Of a stretch of 64,000 nucleotides of DNA, positions 23,614-35,226 are shown one piece after another. The notes beneath the pieces are model-generated. The model was given only the letters and a program-made list of their open reading frames with translations, did not search any database and was not told where the DNA came from. The stretch comes from Felis catus. Taxonomy: Eukaryota. Position numbers and translations under genes: made by a program. Location: NCBI RefSeq assembly GCF_018350175.1, contig NC_058368.1, forward strand, positions 50,097,815 through 50,161,814, read 5' to 3'. The first letter of the stretch is position 1, and each line of letters opens with the position of its first letter.

Positions 23614-25504
23614 AGAATATTTGGTTTGAATCATTTTTTGTTTGAAAGTTTGTGTCTGTCAGTGTGCTTAATTTAAAAATCTTCACTATATCCACACTTG
23701 CTTGAAAAATATGGGCCAAATTTGAATATCCTTCCTCTAAAGGGTTATTCTTTCAGATTATTTTCAAGAGTGGAATATATAAGGTGTGACCATAGAGACT
23801 GGGAAGGTTGTCTCCTGATTTAGGGATGCTGTAGAATGCAGGAAATGAAAAGATGCCAGCTAGCTTAAGCTGTTGGATGTCAGTCAGATTCTCTTCTCTT
23901 CATAATAGCTACTTCAAGAAATCACACAAGTCTATGGGTCCATTCTTACTGCCATTTTTCAAAAGGTTGTTAGTGACTAATGTTCTTGTGTCTGTAAAAT
24001 TATTTCTGATTCATCTTCACTCTCCTCTATACTTGGGCACATCAGCAAGGTAGTGCAACCTAGTCTGTGCCAAGGTCACTATTGAAACATCTAGTTGTTC
24101 CCTTTCAGCAGTAATAGAAAATGCACCCGAGGAATCAGCTGTAAAATTTAAATATGCTTGTCCAGGTTTTATCATGTACTTTTTAAAACCCACTCTCAGG
24201 CAGTGACTCTATGTATCCCACTCTTTTTCCAAGGGGAAGGGGACCCAGGGGGTTGGGAGAGGGAGGTTTATGGGACACTAAGCTTCTGAGCTCTTTTACA
24301 AATAAAACCAATAGAGGCCGCGGAGGTTAATGATATCAATAAACTTGATTAAAATTGCTCAATTGTGATTTTATGATTAAAACTACACTAAAGAAATCTT
24401 TTAATTTCAAAGGGACGGTGAACCACTATTACAAGTTGTATAATTATGCCTCGAACAATAAAATTTAAACTATTTTTATTTTTCTAGCTTGTCAATCTAT
24501 TTTCTTTAAAAACAAACACTAATAACTAAAACATGGAGTGCTTTTTCTTCTTAATAGAGTTATAGGAGAGTACTATAGTGTTACTGCTTACAGTGTTATT
24601 TAATGTATTGTTACGCTTAGGTAAGATATTATAGCATAAAGGCTGGCCATTTACTAAAAATAAGGCCACCTTATGCATTGAAAATGACATTTTCTGTGGT
24701 TGTATTTTAATTTAAATAATTTCTTTTCTAATGTATATTTTCCTGGAATTTCTGTGATCGGCAGTATTTTGAAATACTTTAGCATTATACAATAATCAAG
24801 TCTAAGAAAACAGACTGAATGGAGATTGTGCATTGGCTGTTTTCAAGGTAACAAATATTAGATATTTAATACCTCGGCCTTAATACCTCCATATAAATGG
24901 CCTATAAATAACTCCATGATAATTGAGTTATTTATAAAGAAATTTTAGGTGATTTCGTCAAGAATCTCCTTATCTCCTTACTTTTCTCCAACTCCCAGTT
25001 AAAGATAAGTATCACCAAAAATGAAAACATAAAAACTTAGTGTCAACATTGAAGTTGTTTCCAATACCCTCATAATGATACAGCACTGTAAATCAGGAAA
25101 TTCCTGTTTTATTTCGGGCCATAATTTGTTAGTCATGGCACCGGCACAAGATAGGAGCATTTCCCTAGAGTTCCAAAACGTACTTGTTTATAAATCTAAG
25201 ATGAACGTATGCCAACGTTTAGCCTTGAGGGCAACATCTTAAAAAAACATTAATGAATTAGAATTCCTAAAGCAACACCATGATTAGCTTGTAAAGTTAA
25301 AGAAAAATTCATTCATAGTAGGATTATGTCATACAGGACAGTTTTATTCAGATATGAAAATGCTCAGAATGTCTCTCTTTAAGCACCTTTTGTTATGTAG
25401 AAATTGGAAACAGTAGAGCAAATGAAGTTAATAAGAAATAGAACCCAGGTCTAAGACTGGTATGAACACATCAGTTATTTGATAGGTTTTAGGCCCATGA
25501 CTAT

Positions 25505-26070
25505 CCCTCCCTTCCTAAAAGTATTTATTGAACACCTACTATGTGCCAGGCACTATTCTTGGAACTTGGAACAAAGCCACAAGTAAGGCAGAGAAAGTTC
25601 CTCCCTAATGGAGCATGGTCAGCAGGTCAGTAATAACTTACCAAGTACTAATAGTTACCATGCAGAATATGTAATACCTCGTCAGTTGACAATAATTACA
25701 CTGGGAAAAATAAAGTGAATGGATAGCGAATGATTGAGTATGAGAAGTGTTTCAGAGAAAGTGCTTAGGGACATCTTGTTTCTGGAGTTGACATGTGATC
25801 GGGGACCTGAATAAACTGAAGGAGGGTAATGTACGGGGATCATGAGACTTTTCCAGACAGAAGGAAACGAGGGGGGATCAAGGCAGGATCAAGCTGGGCC
25901 AGCAAGGACTGTGGATCTGGAACTGAGTAAGGTGGAGAGGTAGGCCAGCAAAGATGTATGTGGCTCTATCAGCTTTGGTGGTAGATCACATTTTACTTCT
26001 AGCATGATGAGAAGCCACTGGGGACCTTTGAGAGGAATTTAATTTGTTGTTAGAGATCTTTGGTTGCCTG
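25505..26070 (-). mobile_element. L2 (L2a-like) fragment
   Basis: tatttattgaacacctactatgtgccaggcactattct followed by purine-rich L2 body. Confidence 0.8.
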
Positions 26071-26084
26071 TGGTAAAGGATGTA

Positions 26085-26170
26085 CATGTATCTGTGAACA
26101 TACCGAAAACCATTGAATCACACACTTTAAATTCATGACTTGTATGTGAATTATATCTCAATAAAATGTA
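26085..26170 (+). mobile_element. Short L1M 3' terminal fragment
   Basis: ctgtgaacataccgaaaaccattgaatcacacactttaa...tatgtgaattatatctcaataaa. Confidence 0.7.
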
Positions 26171-26263
26171 AAAGTAAGAAAATCACAAATTGGTATGTGA
26201 TGAGTAGACTGAAGGAAATTAAGAAGAAAAGCAGGAAGGGCAGCCGAAAAACAGTTTTGATAG

Positions 26264-26345
26264 TTGTAATGACTAGTTTTGTGTGTCAACTTGACTGGCC
26301 ATGGAGTGTCCGGATAATTGGTTAGACAGTATTACATTATTCTTA
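26264..26345 (+). mobile_element. MLT2 (ERVL) LTR 5' fragment
   Basis: tgtaatgactagttttgtgtgtcaacttgactggccatggagtgtccggataattggttagaca resembles the MLT2 start. Confidence 0.65.
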
Positions 26346-27254
26346 GGCAGTTTGCATAAGATTGCAGATTTGCAAATGTCAGAGTGATCAGTGTCAGTCT
26401 TAGATATTGTTCCCTGATAACATGATGGAAAAGATGATTAAAGGGATGGATGGTTTGTGATTATTTAACAAGAAAGTAACATTAGAAGCCAGCCTTGTCC
26501 ACCACAAATGCTCTAAAGAAAAATATTACCGGGTTGGTACCATGGTGAGTTCAGGAGACCAGCAAGAGGTCATGAAATGGCTCATGATGAGTTTTGTTTG
26601 ACTTAAACCATTTTTGCTTGTTTTTAAAATTGGAGCCAACATTTGCAGACCCTCAGGTTTCATTTAAAATCCTCATCTCCGGCTTCACAAGGAATGTGGC
26701 AATAACAGGCCTGCATGCCCCCAAAGCAACCATTGTGTGGGGGTGTCCTGTGGAAAAGATGGGAGTCTCTGCATTCCTTGTTGTCTGATCATTTCCCTGA
26801 CATGATGCTCATTTTATTCATTTATGGTTTATTCAGTCATTTTACCACCCCTCCCCTTTTAGACATGTCTTAATTCCTGCCAACTGTCTGTTGTGGCCTT
26901 GTTGTAGTCAAGATGGAGAAAAGTAGACCAGATAATATCTGTAGGTGAAATCTTAAGTAGTTGAGTAAAAAAGCTCAATTTTAAGGAGCTAAATGTAAAT
27001 CCATATAAACTTGGAGAGAAGTTTCTACAGTTTGCCTTAGGGCTTTGTACTTGCGCTATTTTCATTTTTTAAAAAAAGGATGGAATAAAAACATGGGGAT
27101 TATGCTTAGTCTTGTTTGTAGATGTTGGAACAATCAGACATAGTTAATGTACTGAATATCAAAATCTGCAATTTAACATGATCTAGATGGCTGCAAGTCT
27201 CCAAAAGGATATTTATCACGAATAGATTTGGTTTTTTCGGGGAAAAAAAATCAC

Positions 27255-27320
27255 AAGAAAGCAGTGGTTTTGTATTATCTGCAAACTTAATCGTGCACTT
27301 TATGCCTTTATCCATAAAAC
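27255..27320 (-). mobile_element. CR1/L3-type LINE reverse-transcriptase fragment
   Basis: Minus-strand translation MDKGIKCTIKFADNTK resembles the CR1 RT motif D.GIECT(L/I).KFADDTKL. Confidence 0.65.
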
Positions 27321-27763
27321 CTCACTTGATAGAATCCTATGATTTGCATTTCAGATTCTTTATATCCACCTTAGTTTATGCTAAATTTCACTAGCCTCCT
27401 GGTCCATTAAAGTCCACAGGTCATCTTCCTGTGAATTATCTTGTCCCTGTGAACTGGTTGCTGCCAGTGTACATCTCAGTTAGCCAACAGCATCATATAG
27501 ATGCCACAAGGCAAAGCACCTGTGGCCTGTAACGAGAAGTAAGGTCCATTTATTGGCTACTTACTATACTCCTAGAAACTGCCAATCAATCACCTGTTTC
27601 CTCACTAAATCTTCAAAATCACTGTCATTTGCATTTTATAAGAGGACAATTATTAGTGACCCATCAAATGATGACTTTGATAATTAACCACACCTGGAGT
27701 CCTGTTTTGAGTTACATATGCTTCATTTTGAGAAGGAAATTGTCTATAAGGAACAGTGATGGT

Positions 27764-28228
27764 TGTCATAGAAAGAATGGCTCCCAATAATGTTCATGCT
27801 CTAATGCAGTGAACCTGCCAATGTCTTGTAAGAGGAGGTTAAGCATTGGGTTCCGGGTAGAATTGAGGTTGCTAGCCAGTTGACTTTGAGATGAAGAAAG
27901 GATCCCGGATCATCTAGGTGGGCCCAGGATAATCCCAAGAGTCCTATTAAGTAGAAGAGAGCAAGAACTAGTCAGATGGTGGTACAATAGAGACTCAGGC
28001 TGGTGCTGCTGGTTTCGAACGTGGAGGAGAGGGCCTCTGGAAGATGGAAAAGAAATGGATTTTCTCCTAGATCTTCCGAAAGAAATGCAGCCCTGCCAAC
28101 ACCTTGATTTTTACCACAATGAGACTGATTTTGGACTTCTGACCTCCAGAGCTATAGGGTAATAAACTGGTCTTGTTTTCAGCCACCGATGCAGTGATTT
28201 GTTATAGCATTAATGGGAAATCAATATC
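27764..28228 (+). mobile_element. MaLR solo LTR (MLT1D/E-like)
   Basis: gatcccggatcatctaggtgggccca...gaaatgcagccctgccaacaccttgatttt...ttggacttctgacctccagagct. Confidence 0.88.
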
Positions 28229-28455
28229 GTGGTTAAGAGCACAGACTCAGGAATTGAACTGTTTGCTTTGAATCCTCACTCCACCACTTACTGGATGACC
28301 TGGGGTAAGTCACACGTTTCTTAGCCTCAGTTTCCTCATGTGTAAAATGGGTACAATAAGACTTCCTAAGCTTTTTTAGTGTGAATTTGACATAGTTTGT
28401 GTAAAGGGCCTCAGAATGCTGCCTGGCATACGATAAGAGTTCAGTGGATGTTAAC
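28229..28455 (+). mobile_element. MIR SINE
   Basis: gtggttaagagcacagactc...gcctcagtttcctcatgtgtaaaatggg...tgcctggcatac. Confidence 0.85.
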
Positions 28456-29989
28456 TCGAGAAAATCAGCGATTCAGCGAAGGGCTGGTTGGGATGACATG
28501 AGAACTGAAAACTGTCACAGAGGGCCAAGGGGCACTGAGAAAACTGGGGATATTTGAAGAGAAGATGTGAGGTTGGGGGAATGTGTGGAGGGTAGGAGGC
28601 AGCAGAACTAAGTAGCTAAGGGGCTCTCGTAGGAGTTAGTTCATATTAAGCAGTCAGATTTAGGATTGGTGTTTTACAATTACAGCGAGGGAGTCTTTGG
28701 ACTTTTTTTGACATAGAAATGACTAAAAGAGAATCAGTCTCATAAAGCAAGGAGTCCCTGAGGCTGGAAAAGCAAATACAAGGGCTGATGATCCAGACAC
28801 ATCACCTGTAAAAGTGACTCTCGGAAGGAGGGGTAGGAGCAGTTATACTGAAGGAGCGTGAATTCCCAGCTAGCTCTTAAGTTTTACTGTGTTGTTTTCC
28901 TTCATTAAACGTGCTTTACTGCTTCCCAAAATGTGTTTTGGTATCATTATGATGTGTTTCTTTAAGCAATTACGTATCTGTTTTACTTTGGAATGTAGAA
29001 CATGGATAATTTGACGACAGAACATTTTTCTTTTGTTCCCCATGTTGGTCTCAGAAGTTCTTAAGCCTCTATTTCAGCATTTTCTTTTCTTGCTTTCAAA
29101 ACAGTAAGTATGTTTGAGAACTCCTTCATTTTTGATGTAAATTTCACCTGAACACCATGGAAGACCGTACCTTAATGCACGGTGCAATGTGACAGCCTGT
29201 CACCGCTTCTGTGTAGTTCATTGTCACCCGGGGTTGATGAAGCATTTCAGTGACCACCCTTTTACCAGAGCACAGCCCTCTGCTTGCCCTTCCCCTGCTC
29301 GCCAGTGCTTGGTTCTGCCTCTCGGTATGGTCTTTGCTCCTCCTCTGCCAAGCAGTGCTGGAGAAAACTACGCCAGCAGCTTGGTGGTTTATCATCTATA
29401 ATCCCCTGGGCCCTCAGTGTCACTTGGCCATTCCTTTTAAGCATTCCTAGCTGGTTCTTATTCCCATCTCCACTCCACATGTGACAAAACCTTATTACTC
29501 TCCTCGTCCCCCAATCCTTTGCTATCTATCAGCACATGACTGAGGCTTTCTCTTGGCAGACAGATAAGAACCGAAGGAAAACGTACTGCTTACTTTCCTC
29601 AAATAAGTACCGAAGTTGGATCTGTAGGTTTACCTACATATTGTAATCATAACATGTAGGTATTAGTAACACAGCTTACATTTCTTCACTAAGCCATAAA
29701 ATAGAGGATGAAGTCTCTAAAATAATAATAAAACTAGTGCCCCTGACGAAAATTGCAACCACACCACTTTCTTAATGGAAACTATATAATTAAAATGCAC
29801 ACTTGGATATATTGTAGTCACTTTGCTGCTTGGGAATTGCTTTCGAATACTTGCGATTGATCACAATTAGTACATCACCAGAATGGAATGTGAGTACTTT
29901 TGGAGGTGGTGCATTGGTGAGCTCCACAGTCCCTAGGTGACTTGTGCTCAGACTTTCCTTATTTTGTTACTTGCCAGAAAACTTATGTC

Positions 29990-30225
29990 TACAAAGACTC
30001 AAATCACCTGAGTGATTCTCTTAGCATGTGGGTTCTGATTGAGTGGGTCCAGGGTGGAGCTAGAGTCTGCATGTCTCACAGGCTCCCAAGTGATGGTGCT
30101 GGTGTGTGGACCCCGTGTTGAGTGGCCAGAGGCTGGGTCGGCTGTTGTCTAGCGTGTGCATCAGCATCACCTGTGTGGTGACTGTGTGCTCCCTCTAGAG
30201 ATTCTGACGTGGCTGGCTAGGGACT
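29990..30225. mobile_element. MER5 (hAT-Charlie) relics, probably two in tandem
   Basis: aatcacctg...ggttctgattgagtgggtccagggtggagctagagtctgcatgtctcacaggctccca, then catcagcatcacctg...agagattctga. Confidence 0.6.
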
Positions 30226-31174
30226 GTTATTCTAACGTAGAGATTTAGTTCAGTTTCTCTGCCTCAAACAGTGGATACAACCTCTTGATGGCTGGCAAAT
30301 ACTTTCTAACTTTTGACACTGTCAATGCCAGGGAAAGAGGAGACAGGGGCTTTGGTACCATATCATAAATGGAAAAGGAGTTGAGGTCACCAAGTCTCTT
30401 GGCCTTCCAATAAATTGATCCACACCGTCATGTTCCCAGGTTCAGAGGAATTGGATAATGTGCTCTCTTTTTTAATAAAAAAAAAAATCTTGCTCAAAGT
30501 AGGCCTAGAAACTTACTGGGAGTGACAGGGCACAGGTGAGCACACGAGGAGCACTTGGCTCATTGATGAGGGAATACTCTCAGGTGATGTCATTCTAGCT
30601 AGGTTTTGTTTATGGGTGTTGACTATATGGCCCTTGTTGTCTGTACGGCTATAGCCCTGAGCACAGACCATTTTACTCTTTTTCAGAATTAGGATCTTGA
30701 TCTTATTCAGGGCTTCTGTAATAAATCTCTTTGTCTTTATGTAAAGAATCCATTTTTATTGATGACACTTCTGACCCTGTATACTTTTGCAGAAGTGGGT
30801 CTAACTGGTTTGACATTATGAATAGACATTCTCCATTTGTTGTCACATTAAGGTTTCTTGATACAAAGTATTCCCTCTAGAAGTTGGAAGTCTTGAAAGT
30901 ATATCATTAAAGATATATTTCAAAGAAATGTATGAAAGATACGTTTTTTTAAGTTCCTCCAAGTGAAAATGAAAATGACTTTGGTCAGTGTAAGAGCCTA
31001 GGGAGGTATAGTATAGACTTTAATGAGGATTGAGACTTTTGTGTAACAAAATGGTTGAAGCTCTAAGACAAAAATGCGGACCATAATGCCATTTATGTAA
31101 ATGAGATACATAAGTGAATCAACACTTTAAAGGACATTTACATTTTTAAGCACATTAGAGAAGACACTCCTTCA

Positions 31175-31680
31175 AAAAATTTATGGAGGTGAAATTTACA
31201 TAACAAATACGGCCATTTCAAGGTGGACAATTCAGTGGCATATGGTATATTCACTGTGTTGTGCGGTCACCAAACATTTCCATCCCTCCCCAGTGAAACC
31301 TCTTACCTATTAGGTCACTTCCTATTTCATACTGTCCCTTACCAAACTCCTCTGTCAACAACCAATCTGCATTCTTTCTCTTAAGGATCTATCTATTCGG
31401 GATGTTTCATATAAATGGAATATGTAAATGTGTGTGTTTAGCTTTTACTTAGCATAATGTTTTGGTGGTCCATCCATGCTGTAAAATGTATCAGTTCTTC
31501 ATTTTTTTTTAAATGGGTGACTAATATGCCTTTGTGTGAATATATCACAGTTTGTTTATCCATTGCTGTAAATGTACATTTTAGCTCTTTCTACCTTTTG
31601 ACTATTGTGAATAGTGCTGCTATTAATGTGCATGTACATGTACTTGTTTGGGAAACTCTATAATTCTTGAGGTATATTCT
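31175..31680 (-). mobile_element. L1 (L1MB-like) 3' fragment
   Basis: gaggtgaaatttacataaca...tttcatataaatggaat...ttttacttagcataatgttt...attgtgaatagtgctgctat. Confidence 0.85.
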
Positions 31681-31689
31681 TTCTTTCTT

Positions 31690-31709
31690 TTCTTTTTTTT
31701 AAATCTTTT

Positions 31710-31746
<37 letters not shown>

Positions 31747-31872
31747 GAGAATCCCAAGCAGGTTCCACGGTCAGCACAGAGTCTGACTTGGGCCTTGATC
31801 CCATGACCCTGGGATCATGATCTGAGCTGAAATCAAGACTCAGATGCTCAGTTGACCAAGCCAGAAAGCACC
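31690..31872 (-). mobile_element. Can-SINE with long poly(T) tail
   Basis: T run of about 30 nt, then agagagaatcccaagcaggttcc...gatcatgatctgagctgaaatcaag. Confidence 0.9.
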
Positions 31873-32299
31873 TTTTAGTGAAGAGGAGTGGGAGTGAATG
31901 GGGGCTTGGGACAAAGAGAAAAAAGTACTGAGAGAGCCCTTATATTGACTGATAGCAGCTTGCTAAAATATATTCATTCAACTCTGGTCCCCTGATACTC
32001 TCCTCAACTCCCATCGCTGATAAGAAAGCAAAGTAATCTGCTGAAGTGACATGAGTCTGTGTTACTGGATAAGTGCTTTGAGAAGGAAAGTGGGGTGAAA
32101 GGCTCTGAAAGAGTTCATGTCGCCAAAGACCCATGTTACCTCTGCGTCTAGTGTGAGAATATTCATTTTGGCCTCACGTTATCCTTCTTGTGACTCTTCA
32201 GGATGTATAATGGAGACAGAGAGGAGTTAAGATTCCATAGAAATGTATAATATATGATTGTGTTCAAGTACCGTAGCCATCTTCTAACGTGGTCCCGAT

Positions 32300-33387
32300 G
32301 ATTCTCTCCCTTGTACCTATACATTGTACCTAATTAGGTGTTCTAGCTGAGACCTCCAGGTGGTGTGCTGAAGTGCTGCCTGGCGTCCTCTTGCTGATCA
32401 TAAGTAAAATGTGGGACAGCCGATAACATGATAAACAAGAGGGGCACAGGAATTGCTGGTTTTGAAAATTGTCAGCCTCTTTAGTCAGTAAAGGAGGCTA
32501 ACATTGAGAAATGGCTTTCAGGCCAACATCAAATTAAGTGCACACTAGCAGGAAGACAAGGTCTGAAGATGAAGCTGAGCGTGTGGCTGTAAAATCCTTG
32601 AAGATCTTGGAAAGATCCAAAGTAGTGCCTCGGAAGTCCATCCAAATGACAGGGCTTCTAAGAAGCATAAAGGTGATGTCCCTCTGTCATTTCAGTGGAC
32701 TAAGAGGAGGGCTGCTGTTCCCCCTTGAAGGGATTTGTGGGTGCAGCTTTTATCTAATGAAAGTAAGGGCCAATAGGATTCATAAAAGATGGTATTGAGG
32801 GAATTCTATTTAGAAGCTGTAAACATAGACTGAAAAGGACAGAAGGTTACAAAATTAGTCCCCCAAACTTTTTTAGGCAGAAAGCAGACTGAGAAAGCTA
32901 CATACCTGCAGACACAAACTGCTTTTTAAGGAAGCAAATGATGACTTTAAGGGGGAATCAAGAATCCGGAGGATGAAGCAAAAACCATGACGAATTCACT
33001 GGCCTTGAAGACTAATGAAAGACCTACCAATCTATGCCTTGCAGGATTTCAGAGTTCCTGAGGTGTAGGGACTCCTGTGTGCCCTCATTTCTCCACATTT
33101 GAGCTGGAATATATCTAGAGGTTACCCTACACCACTGTGTTGGGTATGTGGGGACAAGTAACTTGTTGCTTTAGCTCACTGGTATTCGTGTTGAGAGGAA
33201 CTGTATTCGAGGGCTGTCCTTAAGGATATCCACCTGAGGAGCCTCATGTAAAGCCAGAATTGGTTTAGATGAAATTATGAACTTGGAGCTCACCTTGTAT
33301 AGGGGTGAACATTTCTAGGGCTTTGGGAAGGGATTAGTGTATTTTGCATATGGGAAGGACATGAACCATTAGGGCTCAAGAGTGAAC
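32300..33387 (+). mobile_element. MaLR internal region (MLT1-int)
   Basis: ttctagctgagacctccagg...agtaaaatgt and gaggagcctcat...gtgtattttgcatatgggaaggacatgaa directly precede the LTR. Confidence 0.65.
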
Positions 33388-33868
33388 TGTGGTAACTGGT
33401 CCCCAGTGATCCCGCCTCCTGCCATTTATGTTCTTGCGTAGTCCTCCCTGCATTGAATGGGGCTGACCTAGTCCATCAGCAGGATACTGAGGAAATATTG
33501 TGTGACTTGAAAAGATAGGCCACGAGACCCTGCAGCCTCTATCTTGCTTTCCTTTGGATCATTCACTCTGTCAGGCAGCCGATGGAGATGTCCATTTGAT
33601 CCAGAACTAAGGCTTCCTGCCGACAACCAGCCCCAACTTGCCACCTACAAGTGCACCTCTTTGGAAGCGGCTCCTTCAAGCCACAGGAAGGTCTTCAGGT
33701 GACTGCAGTCTGGCCTGATGTCTACAGCCTGCTCAGGGACCTCCATGCCAGAACAATCCAACTTGGGTCACTCCTGAATTCCTGACCTTCAGAAACTGTA
33801 TCAGTCTGTATTGTTTTAAGCTGCTAAGTTTTGGGATAACTAGCTATGTAGTGGTAGATAATCAGTAG
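33388..33868 (+). mobile_element. MaLR 3' LTR (MLT1F-like)
   Basis: tgtggtaactggtccccagtgatcccgcctcc...cctgaattcctgacc...ttgttttaagctgctaagttttggg...tagataa. Confidence 0.85.
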
Positions 33869-35170
33869 AGTTACTGCACTGTGCTACTATAAACCTGGGA
33901 ATATTGGTAAATTTTTATGGAGTCCTCATCTTGCTTCAGGTGTTAGCAGGTACTGTTCCTGACTCCTTAATCTCTCTCTAATTTACCCTGTTATGATTGC
34001 CCTTATAACTGATTCAAGGCAAAGGGATGGAGAGGCTCTGGGGAAGAATGTGAAAATCTTGAGCCATCCCACCTTGTCTGTTTATAGTGTCTGCTTTTAT
34101 TCCTACCTTAGAAGAACAACACTGAAAGGGGCTATTGCAGATCATCCGGGATCCTCATTTTGTTTTGTTTTTGTGAAGCCACTTTCCGTCCTCAACGTGT
34201 GGGAATTGCAGATGCTTAGTGGTGGCTTTTGCCATGAAGTCTTTTCTGAAAGTTGGGCTATGCAATACTCGTGTGAAGGGTTGAGCTGGGGGGGGGCCGG
34301 GCTTCTCTCCGCTGGCACAGAGGTGTGTGCCCTTGGGAATGGGGTACGGATCCAGAAACTGCCCATTTCACAGAGGCGGACAATAGGGCCAGAAAGGCTG
34401 ATACATTAATAATGTTAGAAACGTTATTTCTAAAGTTAGTGGCAGAGCTACTGGGCTCTGTCCTGGCTCACAGTCCAATGAGAAGATGTTTTCACGTTTG
34501 TCCTTTGTTTTTACTTTATCTTTGCTAGTTTCCAGGGAAAATGATTCCATTAATGAAGACTAAACGCTTCCCTTTTAATATGTTGAGTGGGGTGTGGTCT
34601 CTTGATGGTTCAACAGACATTAAAATTTCATTTGATAATTCTGTATCTTCCCTGAGGGAACTCTCTGCCTAGGTCCTTTGAAATTGCAAAAAATAAATTA
34701 CCCGTGGGCTCAAGTCCAGTAAGCTGGATTTAGGTTACAACTGTGATCTTAATACAACCTGTTCCTGCTGCATAGGCCATGTGCAGCCTCGTTTGTAAAG
34801 TCAACTTGAGTGTCATTGAACTATTTAAGAGAAACTCTGCTTTTTCATGTAAAGGCTTTATTTAAAACTAGAATTTAATCATATTCTATTTTTCCCTTCA
34901 TCTCTAATTAGCTATAATCACTTTGATTTTAAGTGGTTTCTTTCTAAATAATTGGGTGGGTTTTGAGGCATATGTAGTTTTGTTCTTAGCAATCCGTATA
35001 TATATTTGTCAACTGGATGACTGCTATTATGTTTTTAGAAAACACATGAAGGACTATTTTGGCAGTCAGTGCAATCGGCTTACTTTCTGTACTTACTTTC
35101 TGTTTAACTGTGTCATAATGTTTTATAACATTTTAAACATTCAACCAAATTGAGTTTGTGGGAAGACTTC

Positions 35171-35171
<1 letters not shown>

Positions 35172-35226
<55 letters not shown>
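35172..35226. repeat. (TG)24 microsatellite with interrupted end
   Basis: Directly visible, flanked by a 13-bp direct repeat. Confidence 0.97.

Larger units (their letters stand above)
27680..28890 (+). mobile_element. L3/CR1 3' portion, split by nested MLT1 and MIR
   Basis: accacacctggagtcctgtttt...cattttgagaaggaaattg upstream of the nested elements, and gaaaactggggatatttgaagagaaga...gagtccctgaggctggaa downstream. Confidence 0.55.

Noticed and set aside
29080..29112. Polypyrimidine tract plus acagtaagta as a recursive splice site
   Set aside because: The AG and GTAAGT share one G (no AG|GT), so the geometry is wrong.
29144..29484. Five overlapping ORFs in a GC-richer patch
   Set aside because: Local stop-codon scarcity follows from base composition. 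I see no recognisable protein similarity or flanking splice pair.
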